Part shown: positions 27,779 to 37,021 of the stretch, piece by piece
Layout of the letters: the number at the start of each line of letters is the position of its first letter
Position numbering within the stretch: position 1 is the first letter of the stretch
Origin: Nannocystis sp. SCPEA4
GTDB lineage: Bacteria > Myxococcota_A > Polyangia > Nannocystales > Nannocystaceae
Direction of reading: 5' to 3'
Assembly (NCBI RefSeq): GCF_026626685.1
Contig: NZ_JAPNJX010000001.1
Coordinates: 268,752-332,751, forward strand
Length of the DNA: 64,000 nucleotides
Program-made: the position numbers and the translations under genes
Notes under the pieces: model-generated
Told to the model about the DNA's origin: nothing
The model's database searches: none
What the model saw: only the letters and a program-made list of their open reading frames with translations

Positions 27779-30328
27779 ATGATCGGATCCCCGGAGCCTG
27801 GCGTGCGCAGCGGCTCGCGCCGAACCTCGCAAGCCGGGCCGCGGGCCGGCTGCTCGTGCGAGCTCCTGCTCTCGCTGTGCGCCGCCGACTCGGTCCAGGG
27901 CGTCCTGGCCGCGCACGGCCTCGACGTCGCCCGCCTGCGCGCCGTCGTCGACGAGCTGCACGCCGAGGTCGAGACCGAGCCGGCCGACTGGCGCCTGCGG
28001 ATCACCCAGCGCGGGGGCCGCGCCGCCGATCCCGACCTCGACCTCCTGCTCGCCCTCGTCCGCTCCGCCGACTCGCACGCCTACCAGCTGCTCGAGCGGG
28101 CCGGCGCCGCCTGCGGCGCCCTGCGCAAGCTGTTGATCGACCGCCTGCGCGCGCTCGAGGCCGCCGCGCTCACCGGGACAGGTCCCTCGCGCCATGTCGC
28201 ATCGGCCATGTCCTCCGAGACAGCCATGCCGCGGCGCCCCGTCGTCCAGCGCATGTCGACCCTCGCCGCCCCCGGCGAGCGCCCGGTCCGCCGCTCGCTC
28301 GCCGACGGCCGCGCAGGCGACATGTCCCCGCGGACAGGCGCCAGCGACGCCCAGCCCCGTCCCGCCCGCGGCGGCGCCCGCACCTGGCCCGAAGGCCAGC
28401 CTGCCACGCGCTCGCCTCGACCCACCGACGTCCGCACCTGGCCGGAAGACCATCCGGCCCGCGCCCGCCTCGACGCCGCCCGCACCTGGCCCGAAGACCA
28501 GCCCGATTCGCCGCGCCTGCTCACGCGCGCGCCGACCCGCACCCAGCCGCGCCTGCCCGTCCGGCCCGAGCCGGGCCGCCCGTCGGCCCTGTCCCTCAAG
28601 CCAGGTCCCAACGCCCAGGTCGCGCCGGCCAGCGAGCCCGAGCCGCGCCCGGCCCCCGCGCCCCAGCCCGAGGCCCGCAGCCACCGCCTGAGCCCGATCG
28701 ACCCGTCGGCCCTGCCGCCGCTGCACGGCCGCGAGGGCGAGCTGGCGCGCCTCGCCGACGCCGTCCTGCGCCGCTCGCCGCGCCCGCCGCTGCTCGTCGG
28801 TCCGGCCGGCAGCGGCCGCACGCTGGTCGCCAAGCACCTCGCCGGCCTGCTGCACCAGCCGGTCTTCTACCTGTCCGCGACCCGCTACGAGGACGAGGAC
28901 GGCCTGCGCGCCGACCTCGCGGCGATCGCCAAGCAGGGCGGCGTCGCCATCCTCGACGACCTCGACCGCCTCGGCGGCGACGGTCCGCCGGCGCTGCTCG
29001 GCGCCCTCGCCAAGGCCTGGTCTTCGGGACAGCCGCCGATCGTCGCCGTCGCCTCGCCCGAGGGTCAGGCCCGCCTGTGCGCCTGGGCCCCCGGCCTGGC
29101 CGCCGCCCTCGACCTCGTCACCCTCCAACCGCTCGAGGGCGACGACCTGCGCGCCGCCGTGGCCGCCGCCGCGCCCGCGGTGCTGGCCCAGCACGGCCTG
29201 TCTCTCGGGTCATGTAGCCGCCTGGCCGAGCTCGTGCGCCTGTCCGACCGCTTCCTCGCCGGCCTGGCCCAGCCCGGCCGCAGCCTCGACCTGCTCGACC
29301 TCGCCTGCGCCCGCACCGCCCGCGAGGGCCGCGGCGCCGTCCAGCGCGACACCTGGGTCGACATCGTCTGCGAGCGCAGCGGCGTCCCGCGCGAGCGCCT
29401 CGAGGGCCAGGGCCACCAGGACATGCTCGAGCTCGAGGCCGAGCTCGCGCGCAAGGTCGTCGGCCACGAGCACGCCCTCGCCGCCATCGCCCAGCTGATC
29501 CGCAGGAACCGCGCCGGCTTCGGCTCGCAGCGCCCGATCGCCACCGTCCTCCTGCTCGGCCCCAGCGGCGTCGGCAAGACCGAGATCGCCAAGGCCCTGT
29601 GCGGGGCCCTGTTCGACCGCCCCGACGCGTTCGTCCGCCTCGACATGAGCGAGTACGCCGAGGCCCACGCGGTCGCGCGGATCGTCGGCGCCCCGCCCGG
29701 CTACGTCGGCCACGAGCAGGGCGGCGCGCTGACCGACCCACTGCTCAAGCAGCCGCACTGCGTCGTCCTCCTCGACGAGATCGAGAAGGCCCACCGCGAC
29801 GTCCACCAGCTGCTGCTGCAGGTGTTCGACGAGGGCCGCCTCACCGACGGCCGCGGCCGCACCATCGACTTCCGCCACGCCGCGATCATCATGACCTCGA
29901 ACCTCGGCGCCACCTGCCTCGACGCCACCGGCGACGCCCGCCTCGACGAGGCACGCGTGCTCGAGGCCGCCCGCGCCGCCTTCCCGGTCGAGCTGTGGAA
30001 CCGCATCGAGGCCCCGCTGGTGCTCCACCCGCTCGGCGGCGAGCAGCTGGCCCGGATCTGCGCCCGCCTGGTCCGCGCCTCCTCCGACCGCCTGCTGCGC
30101 GAGCGCGGCATCCGCTACCGCCTCACCGAGGCCGCCACCCGCCACGTCGTCTCGCTGTGCGGAAAAGACATGTCCCTTGGGGCACGTCCCTTGCGACATG
30201 TCCTTACGCGCAGCGTCGAGGCGCTCCTGGCCGACGCGATCCTGCGCGGCCAGATCCGCGCCGGCATGCAGGTCGAGGTCGACCTCGACCTCCACGGCGC
30301 GCTGTGCCTGCTGGCCTCGCGCGCCTAG
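27779..30328 (+). CDS. ClpA/ClpB-family (Hsp100) AAA+ ATPase-like protein with a degenerate first AAA module and a repetitive linker
   Basis: Clp_N-like N-terminus. Then a low-complexity (RTWPEDQP)n linker. AAA-1 has Walker A GPAGSGRT. AAA-2 has GPSGVGKTEIAKAL, VVLLDEIEKAH, sensor, and a C-terminal GARPLRH motif. Confidence 0.75.
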   Translation: MIGSPEPGVRSGSRRTSQAGPRAGCSCELLLSLCAADSVQGVLAAHGLDVARLRAVVDELHAEVETEPADWRLRITQRGGRAADPDLDLLLALVRSADSHAYQLLERAGAACGALRKLLIDRLRALEAAALTGTGPSRHVASAMSSETAMPRRPVVQRMSTLAAPGERPVRRSLADGRAGDMSPRTGASDAQPRPARGGARTWPEGQPATRSPRPTDVRTWPEDHPARARLDAARTWPEDQPDSPRLLTRAPTRTQPRLPVRPEPGRPSALSLKPGPNAQVAPASEPEPRPAPAPQPEARSHRLSPIDPSALPPLHGREGELARLADAVLRRSPRPPLLVGPAGSGRTLVAKHLAGLLHQPVFYLSATRYEDEDGLRADLAAIAKQGGVAILDDLDRLGGDGPPALLGALAKAWSSGQPPIVAVASPEGQARLCAWAPGLAAALDLVTLQPLEGDDLRAAVAAAAPAVLAQHGLSLGSCSRLAELVRLSDRFLAGLAQPGRSLDLLDLACARTAREGRGAVQRDTWVDIVCERSGVPRERLEGQGHQDMLELEAELARKVVGHEHALAAIAQLIRRNRAGFGSQRPIATVLLLGPSGVGKTEIAKALCGALFDRPDAFVRLDMSEYAEAHAVARIVGAPPGYVGHEQGGALTDPLLKQPHCVVLLDEIEKAHRDVHQLLLQVFDEGRLTDGRGRTIDFRHAAIIMTSNLGATCLDATGDARLDEARVLEAARAAFPVELWNRIEAPLVLHPLGGEQLARICARLVRASSDRLLRERGIRYRLTEAATRHVVSLCGKDMSLGARPLRHVLTRSVEALLADAILRGQIRAGMQVEVDLDLHGALCLLASRA

Positions 30329-30362
30329 GCGATCGCCGCGTCGCGTGGTACCGTGCGGCGCG

Positions 30363-30740
30363 GTGGCGTCCGCCCTCATCATCGACGCCGACGCGCGGCT
30401 GACGATCCGCCTGGCGACGATCCTCGCCGCCCGCTCGCTGCCGGCCGCGGTGCTCGTCGATCCCCGCGAGGCCGTCGCGTGGGTGCGGACCTACGCGCCC
30501 GCGCTCGTGCTGCTGCGCGTCGAGCTGCCGGGCACCTCCGGCTTCGCGGTGTGCAACCGCCTACGACGCGACGACGACACCCGGGCGATCCCGCTCATCC
30601 TGTACGGCTCCGAGGTCCCACCCGAGGTCTTCGACGGCCACAGCAAGCTGCGCACCCGCGCCACCGCCTACTTGCACGTGCCCTTCGATCCCGCCCGCGT
30701 CCACGCCGCCGTCGCCGCGTGCCTGTCCGTCAGCGCGTGA
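30363..30740 (+). CDS. Stand-alone pseudo-receiver (CheY-like fold lacking the phospho-acceptor Asp)
   Basis: ALIIDAD...LVLLRVELPGTSGFAVCNRLRRDDDTRAIPLILYG. The position of the phospho-Asp is Arg. Paralogous to the N-terminal domain of the next gene. GTG start assumed. Confidence 0.6.
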   Translation: MASALIIDADARLTIRLATILAARSLPAAVLVDPREAVAWVRTYAPALVLLRVELPGTSGFAVCNRLRRDDDTRAIPLILYGSEVPPEVFDGHSKLRTRATAYLHVPFDPARVHAAVAACLSVSA

Positions 30741-30897
30741 AGCCGGCGCGCACCTCGCGGTGACCGCGCGACGATCGTCGTCGCAAGAGCCTCGTCGCAG
30801 GCGGCGGCACCGACCCGTCGAACGTCGTTATGCAGGCCCCCAGGGACCGGCCCCTCGCCCCTGGTGGAAGCGAGCAAGGCCGGATATTTTGAGCCAC

Positions 30898-32679
30898 GTG
30901 CACTCAGCGCTGATCATCGACGCGGACGGCAAGACCCCGGCCACCCTCAAGAACATCCTGGCCCCGTACGGCTTCGAGTTCACGATCACCGAGAACGGGC
31001 CTGAAGCTGTCAACGTCGCGCGCCAGGCCGCGCCGGACATCATCTTTTTGCGCGCCGAGCTGCCGCTGACCTCCGGCTTCTCGGTGTGCAACCGCCTGCG
31101 ACGCCACGAGGACACCAAGCGGATCCCGCTCATCATGTACTCCTCGAACGTCAGCGAGGACGTGTTCGAGCAGCACCGCAACCTCAAGACCCACGCCGAC
31201 GACTACCTGCGCCTGCCGCTCGACGAGGGCCGCCTGATCTCGGCGATCCGCCCCGTCCTGCCGATCGGCGAGGCAAAAGCCGGCGCCGACGCCCCGCCCG
31301 GCCCCGGCGCGCGGCCCGGCTCGGGCGCGAACCCGCCCGCCGCCGCGCCCGCCAAGCCGGTCCGCTCGCCGCGTCCGAAAGAGCGCCTCGAGATCGAGCT
31401 GCGCGACCCGCCCGCGCGCACCGGCGAGAGCCGGCAGCAGTTCGAGCAGGAGTTCGAGGGTGGCTTCAGCGCCCTGCAGGACGAGCCCTCGAGCGCCCTC
31501 CCGCGCGAGGGCTCCGGCGCCGTCCCGCCGCCCGACTCCGAGATGTCCGACGCCACCATGGCCGCCGGCGGCTTCAAGGCCCAGCGCGAGGTGCTGCAGC
31601 TCAAGAGCCAGCTCAACGCGCGCAGCCGCGAGATCCTGACCCTCAAGGACGAGCTCGAGTCGCGCGAGCGCACCATCCTCGACTCGAAGAAGCTCCAGCG
31701 CGAGCTGCAGGCTCAGATCAGCGAGCTCGAGAACCAGGTGCTCGCCGCCCAGGAGCAGATCCTGTCCTCGCGCGAGGCCGTCGAGGCCTCGGTGCGCGAC
31801 AAGCAGACCGCGCTCAAGCGCGAGGAGGGCGTCAAGACCCGCCTCGAGGTGCTGCAGAAGAAGCTCAAGGACACCGAGACCGAGTTCGCCGCCGTCCGCG
31901 CCCAGAACGCCCAGGACCGCGACAAATCCGCCATCGCCCTCGCCGAGGCCCATCAGCGCGTCGAGCTTCAGGCCCAGACCATCACCGAGCTCGAGGCCGA
32001 GCGCGAGCGCCTGAACGCGCAACTGCTCGAGTCCAGCGGTCAGGTCACCAGCCTCGTCGACGGCTTCGAGGGCGCGCGCAAGAGCGTCGCCGACCTCGAG
32101 GCGCAGCTCGAGCAGCACCGCCAGGAGATGGAGCGCGTCCTCGCCGACGCGGAGATCGAGCGGGTCGCCGCGCTCGAGTCACTGGCCCGCCAGCACCAGT
32201 CCGAGATCGACGACCACGAGCAGGACCACCGCGCCACCGTCAACCAGCTCCACGGCCAGATCGCGACCCTGCGCGACCAGGCCCAGCAAGAGCGCGAGCG
32301 CGTGTCGCAGACGATCATGGAGACCGAGGAGAACGCCCGCCTGCAGATCAGCCAGCTGACCCAGACGCTGGCCGCCACCGAGGAGGCGGCGCGGCGGGAG
32401 ATCCAGCAGCTGCAGCAGACGCTGGCGCAGGCCGAGGAGACCGCCCGCGGCGAGATCGGCGCGCTGCAAGGCGCCCTCGCCGACAGCCGCGCCCAGGCCG
32501 AGGACGCGGCCGCCGACGCCAACCGTCGCATCGCCGGCCTCGAGCATCAGGTCGACGAGCTCGGCGCCCAGCTCGATCGCTCCGAGACCCTGCTGGCCCG
32601 CCGCCGCGACGCCGCCCAGCGCGCCCAGCAAGCGCTCGCCGTCGGCCTCAAGCTGCTCGAAGACGACGACCAGACCTGA
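30898..32679 (+). CDS. FrzS/AglZ-like protein: N-terminal pseudo-receiver + ~450-aa coiled-coil
   Basis: N-terminal domain IIFLRAELPLTSGFSVCNRLRRHEDTKRIPLIMYSSNVSEDVFEQHRNLKTHADDYLRLP resembles the FrzS pseudo-receiver (…HRKLKAHADEY…). The remainder is heptad-rich Q/E/L/R coiled coil. The start could be GTG 30898 or TTG 30889. Confidence 0.65.
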   Translation: MHSALIIDADGKTPATLKNILAPYGFEFTITENGPEAVNVARQAAPDIIFLRAELPLTSGFSVCNRLRRHEDTKRIPLIMYSSNVSEDVFEQHRNLKTHADDYLRLPLDEGRLISAIRPVLPIGEAKAGADAPPGPGARPGSGANPPAAAPAKPVRSPRPKERLEIELRDPPARTGESRQQFEQEFEGGFSALQDEPSSALPREGSGAVPPPDSEMSDATMAAGGFKAQREVLQLKSQLNARSREILTLKDELESRERTILDSKKLQRELQAQISELENQVLAAQEQILSSREAVEASVRDKQTALKREEGVKTRLEVLQKKLKDTETEFAAVRAQNAQDRDKSAIALAEAHQRVELQAQTITELEAERERLNAQLLESSGQVTSLVDGFEGARKSVADLEAQLEQHRQEMERVLADAEIERVAALESLARQHQSEIDDHEQDHRATVNQLHGQIATLRDQAQQERERVSQTIMETEENARLQISQLTQTLAATEEAARREIQQLQQTLAQAEETARGEIGALQGALADSRAQAEDAAADANRRIAGLEHQVDELGAQLDRSETLLARRRDAAQRAQQALAVGLKLLEDDDQT

Positions 32680-32713
32680 CCTATCCTGAAGGTCATCTGC
32701 GAGGATCGATCGC

Positions 32714-34456
32714 TTGAGCGCCGACCGCATCCACGGCGACACCGCCAACCTGAAGAGCAGCCAGTCGCGCGCCCTCCAGCGCCTCGGCGAGCGCCGCGTC
32801 CCCGCCGACCGCGTCATCTCGGCCGCCCTCGCGCGCGACCTGCTCGACCTCTCGCACCAGCTCGGGCGTCAGCTCGGCCTCTTCATCGACCGCCGCGGCC
32901 AGGTCGAGCGCGTCATCCTCGGCGACGCGCACAGCCTCAGCCTGCCCGAGTTCGCCCGCGTCCGCGGCGCGCTCGGCCGCTTGCGCGGCATCCGCCTGAT
33001 CGTCACGCACCTCGTGCCCGACCCGCTCACGCGCGAGGAGCTGGCCGACCTCGCCAAGCTGCGCCTCGACCTCGTCGCCGCCGTGCACCGCGGTCCCGCC
33101 GGCATCCAGCTCGACCTCGCCAGCCTCACCCCTGCTGCGCCCGGAGCCGCCGAGGTGTTCACGCTGCGGACCTGGCCGAGAGTACCTGTCTCGACGCTCA
33201 GCCGCGACCTGTCGACGCGACCCGACGAGGAGACGCCCCCGCCGGCCGACGCGCCGGACCTGCCGATCGACTTCACCGGCTTCATCCGCGAGCTCGAGGC
33301 CAAGCTCGTCGCCGCGACCACCGACGCGCGGGCCGAGGCGCGCGGCACCAAGGCGACCGCGCTGATGATCCACGGCGGCGGCCCCGAGGTCCCGGCGCGG
33401 ATCTCCGAGCTGCGCGAGCTGTGCCGCACCGCCGGCATCCAGCTGATGGACCTCGTGACCCAGCGGCGCCCGCAACCCGACCCGCGCACCTTCTTCGGCC
33501 ACGGCAAGCTGCGCGAGGTCATCGTCCGCGCGCTCGAGCAGGACTGCGAGCTCCTGATCTGCGACCCCGACCTCACGCCCTCGCAGGCCCACGCGATCGC
33601 CGAGGAGACCGAGCTCAAGGTCATCGATCGCACCACGCTGATCCTCGACATCTTCGCCCAGCACGCTCGCAGCGCCGATGGCAAGCTGCAGGTCGAGCTG
33701 GCCCAGCTGCGCTACATGTTGCCGCGCATGGTCGGCAAGGGCACCGCGATGTCGCGGCTGGCCGGCGGGATCGGCGGGCGCGGCCCCGGCGAGACCAAGC
33801 TCGAGATCGATCGCCGCCGCGCCAAGGAGCGCATCAACGCGTTGACGCGCCGCCTCGACGAGCTGCGCCAGCGTCGCGACCAGCGCCGCGCGCTACGCCG
33901 CAGCACCAACGTCCCGGTGGTCGCGATCGTCGGCTACACCAACGCCGGCAAGTCGAGCCTGCTCAACACGGTGACCCAGAGCGAGGTCCTGGCCGAGAAC
34001 AAGCTGTTCGCCACCCTCGACCCGACCGTCCGCCGGATCCGCTTCCCCGAGGACCGCGAGGTCGTCCTGCTCGACACCGTCGGCTTCATCCGCGACCTCC
34101 CACCGGCCCTGCTGCAGGCGTTCAGCGCCACCCTCGAGGAGGTCGCCGACGCCGACCTGCTGCTGCTCGTCGTCGACGCCAGCGACCCCGATCGCGACCA
34201 GCAGCGCGCCGCCGTCGAGGCGATCCTCGGCGACCTCGGCGCCGGCAAGGTCCCGCGCCTCGTCGTGTTCAACAAGTGCGACCTGCTCGCGCCGGAGGAG
34301 CTGGCCGCTCGCCGCGAGGACGCCGGCCCCGACACCTTCTTCATCAGCGCGATCGACCGCCGCAGCACCTTCCCGCTCATGCACGCCATCGAAACTCACC
34401 TGTGGGAGCGCGGAATGATCGAGCGCGCGGCCACGTTCACGGGTGAAGAGCCCTGA
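32714..34456 (+). CDS. hflX: GTPase HflX with a ~200-aa N-terminal extension
   Basis: HflX N-domain plus G-domain G1 [22 protein letters not shown] start in the ORF track. Confidence 0.9.
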   Translation: MSADRIHGDTANLKSSQSRALQRLGERRVPADRVISAALARDLLDLSHQLGRQLGLFIDRRGQVERVILGDAHSLSLPEFARVRGALGRLRGIRLIVTHLVPDPLTREELADLAKLRLDLVAAVHRGPAGIQLDLASLTPAAPGAAEVFTLRTWPRVPVSTLSRDLSTRPDEETPPPADAPDLPIDFTGFIRELEAKLVAATTDARAEARGTKATALMIHGGGPEVPARISELRELCRTAGIQLMDLVTQRRPQPDPRTFFGHGKLREVIVRALEQDCELLICDPDLTPSQAHAIAEETELKVIDRTTLILDIFAQHARSADGKLQVELAQLRYMLPRMVGKGTAMSRLAGGIGGRGPGETKLEIDRRRAKERINALTRRLDELRQRRDQRRALRRSTNVPVVAIVGYTNAGKSSLLNTVTQSEVLAENKLFATLDPTVRRIRFPEDREVVLLDTVGFIRDLPPALLQAFSATLEEVADADLLLLVVDASDPDRDQQRAAVEAILGDLGAGKVPRLVVFNKCDLLAPEELAARREDAGPDTFFISAIDRRSTFPLMHAIETHLWERGMIERAATFTGEEP

Positions 34457-35331
34457 TGTCCGCCCCCGAGCTCGACCTCGGCCTCGCCGCCCTCCTCGGC
34501 GCCCTCCAGGGCGTGGCCGAGTTCCTGCCGATCTCCTCGTCCGGCCACCTCGCCCTGGCCCAGCGCGTCGCCGGCCTCGACGCCGGCGCCGGCGGCCACT
34601 CGTTCAACATCGTCGTCCACGCCGGCACCCTGCTGGCCGTCCTGATCCACTACCGCGGCGACCTGCTCGCGCTGGCCCGCGCCGTTTTGCGTCCAGGACA
34701 TGTCCCCGAGCGCATGCCCGATACGCCAGGCTCGGAGGGACATGTCCCCTCGAGCAGCTCGCCGACCGACGCGCGGGCGCTGCTGCTCGCGCTCGTCATC
34801 GGCACCTTGCCGCTGGCCGCCGCCCTCGCCCCGCCGGTCGAGAACCTCGTCATCGCCGCCGAGCACCACCCCAAGGCCATCGGCGCCTGCTTCCTCGTCA
34901 CCGCGGCGATGCTGGGCCTGGCCGAGTGGCTGACCCGCAAGCGCCGGCGCCCGCAGGAGGTCCCGCGGCCGCTGCAGGCGCTGCTCATCGGCCTCGCCCA
35001 GCTCGTCGCCATCCTGCCCGGCATCTCGCGCAGCGGCTCGACGATCGCCGCCGCCATGGGCCTCGGCCTCGGCCGCCTGCCGGCCGCGCGCTTCTCGTTC
35101 CTGCTGGCGATCCCCGCCATCCTCGGCGCCTCGCTCAAGGAGGCGCTCGACCTGATGAAGGAGGGCCTGCCCGCCGTCGACCCGCTCGCCTTCGTCGTCG
35201 GCTTCTTCGTCAGCTTCGTCGTCGGCGTCGCCACCCTGCGCGTGCTGTTGGTCCTGCTCGTCCGCGTCGGCGTGGTGCCCTTCGTGCCCTACCTGGTCGT
35301 CCTCGGCCTCGCCGTCCTGGCTCTCGGTTAG
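34456..35331 (+). CDS. uppP: Undecaprenyl-diphosphatase (BacA/UppP)
   Basis: [17 protein letters not shown] motifs. Colinear with E. coli UppP except for a ~12-aa longer loop encoded by two GGACATGTCCCC copies. Confidence 0.85.
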   Translation: MSAPELDLGLAALLGALQGVAEFLPISSSGHLALAQRVAGLDAGAGGHSFNIVVHAGTLLAVLIHYRGDLLALARAVLRPGHVPERMPDTPGSEGHVPSSSSPTDARALLLALVIGTLPLAAALAPPVENLVIAAEHHPKAIGACFLVTAAMLGLAEWLTRKRRRPQEVPRPLQALLIGLAQLVAILPGISRSGSTIAAAMGLGLGRLPAARFSFLLAIPAILGASLKEALDLMKEGLPAVDPLAFVVGFFVSFVVGVATLRVLLVLLVRVGVVPFVPYLVVLGLAVLALG

Positions 35332-35384
35332 GCGCCTGTCTGAGCCAAGCGCGCGACCGAAGACGCGGGGCCGTGGAGAGCTGG

Positions 35385-35590
35385 GTGACGGCGGGCACGG
35401 AGCGGCGGAGCGGGTCCCTCGCTTTCGGCGGGGCCCTCCCAGGCAACGTGCTCGGCGCCCTCGGGCTTCGATGTTGATCTGTCGTTGAGGACAGGTTCGT
35501 TCGTGCCTGGCGGACGATGGCGCCTGCGCGCGGTTGCCTGCGGCCCCTCCCGCCGGCGTCCCACTCCGCCGCTCCGTGCCCGCCTGCGAA
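35385..35590. repeat. MITE-like repeat element, copy C (inverted internal orientation relative to A/B)
   Basis: TIRs ggcgggcacggagcggcggagcgg (35391-35414) and ccactccgccgctccgtgcccgcc (35561-35584). The internal sequence is the reverse complement of the copy A/B core. Confidence 0.7.
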
Positions 35591-35905
35591 GAGCGTCGCC
35601 GGCCCCGCTTGTCGCCATGCGGCGAGCGCGGCACCACCGACTGCGGTGTCGCATGCGCCATGTCCAAGAGGACATGCTCTCCGGGACAACGTGCTCGGCG
35701 CCCTCGGGCTTCGATGTTCATCTGTCGTTGAGGACAGGTTCGTTCGTGCCTGGCGGACGATGGCGCCTGCGCGCGGTTGCCTGCGGCCCCTCCCGCCGGC
35801 CCCGCTCGTCGCCTGGCGGTGAGCGCGGCACCACCGACTGCGTGTCGCACGCGCCATGTCCACGAGGACATGCTCTCCGGGACAGAGCGTGCTCCGTCGA
35901 GCATG
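35445..35905. repeat. Tandem duplication, 241-bp unit x ~1.9, overlapping copy C and extending toward the queA stop
   Basis: aacgtgctcggcgccctcgggcttcgatgtt...ccatgtccaagaggacatgctctccgggac recurs at 35445 and 35686. The second unit lacks the TIR. Confidence 0.7.
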
Positions 35906-35915
35906 GCCCCTGCGC

Positions 35916-36941
35916 TCAGAGGCGCGTGAGCAGCATGCAGTCGCCGTACGAGTAGAAGCGATAGCCGGCGGCCACCGCCTCGGCGTAGGCCGCGAGCACG
36001 CGCTCGCGCCCGCCGAGGCAGCACACCAGCATCAGCAGCGAGCTGCGCGGCAGGTGGAAGTTCGTGACGATCGCGTCGACCACCTTGAACTCGAAGCCGG
36101 GCGCGATCACCAGGTCGGTCGTGCCGGAGAACGGCGCGATCTCGCCGGCGCGGGCGACTGCCTCGAGGGCGCGCGTTGCCGTGGTGCCGACGGCCACCAC
36201 CGGCCGGCCCTCGGCCTTCGCCGCCGCGATCCGGCTCGCGGCCGCCGCGTCGAGCTCGACCCGCTCGGCGCCGACCTTGTGCTCGCGGACATCCTCGGCC
36301 TCGAGCGGCAGGAACGTGCCCGGCCCGACGTGCAGCGTCACCCGCACGACGTCGAGCTGCGCCAGCACCTCGGGCTCCCAGTGCAGTCCGGCCGTCGGCG
36401 CGGCCACCGAGCCCGGCTGCGCCGCGTAGGTCGTCTGGTAGCGCGACGCGTCCTCGTCGGTCGGCCCCGCGGGCCGGCGGATGTACGGCGGCAGCGGCAC
36501 CTCGCCGCGACTGGTGAGCGCGCCCATCCACTCGCCGGCCTCGACGCAGAACACCCGCGCCCGCGGGTCGACGGCGTCGGGCTCGACGTAGCGGGCCGCC
36601 CACTCGCCGCAGCGCACCACGTCGCCGGCCCGCAGCCGCTTGGCCCCGCGGACCCACGCGCGGAACGTCTGCCCCGGCAACAGCCCCGGCCGCGGATCGC
36701 AGACCAGCAGCTCCAGCTCGCGCCCGTTGTGCAGCACCCGCAGCCGCGCCGGCACCACCCGCGAGTCGTTGACCACGACCAGCGCGCGCGGGTCGAGGAA
36801 GCGCGGCAGCTCACGCGCATGCGCGTGGACCGGCGCCCCCGCGTCGCGCTGCACCAGCATGCGGGCATCGCCCCGCCGCGCCGCCGGCGTCTGGGCGATC
36901 TGCTCGGGCGGCAACACGTAGTCGTAGGCTTCGGGACCCAT
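35916..36941 (-). CDS. queA: S-adenosylmethionine:tRNA ribosyltransferase-isomerase
   Basis: Full-length colinearity with QueA (MGPEAYDYVLPPEQIAQTP...GTTATRALE...). The ORF was trimmed to the conserved N-terminus. Confidence 0.9.
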   Translation of the reverse strand: MGPEAYDYVLPPEQIAQTPAARRGDARMLVQRDAGAPVHAHARELPRFLDPRALVVVNDSRVVPARLRVLHNGRELELLVCDPRPGLLPGQTFRAWVRGAKRLRAGDVVRCGEWAARYVEPDAVDPRARVFCVEAGEWMGALTSRGEVPLPPYIRRPAGPTDEDASRYQTTYAAQPGSVAAPTAGLHWEPEVLAQLDVVRVTLHVGPGTFLPLEAEDVREHKVGAERVELDAAAASRIAAAKAEGRPVVAVGTTATRALEAVARAGEIAPFSGTTDLVIAPGFEFKVVDAIVTNFHLPRSSLLMLVCCLGGRERVLAAYAEAVAAGYRFYSYGDCMLLTRL

Positions 36942-37021
36942 CGCTCGCGCGCGGGTTTTGACACACCCCCGCCGCCGCACACAAGTGGTCCGCGCCGCGC
37001 GACAGTGCCATCCTCGCCGCA

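Noticed and set aside
30177-30362. N-terminal 62 codons of ORF 30177..30740 preceding the receiver domain
   Set aside because: Low-complexity Arg/Ser/Thr translation overlapping the 3' end of the Clp-like gene. The receiver fold begins at the GTG near 30363.
34396-36657. 753-aa minus-strand ORF spanning the uppP 3' end, the MITE/tandem repeat and queA
   Set aside because: Runs through non-coding repeat DNA and is out of frame with queA. It is an open-frame artefact of stop-poor, high-GC repeats.
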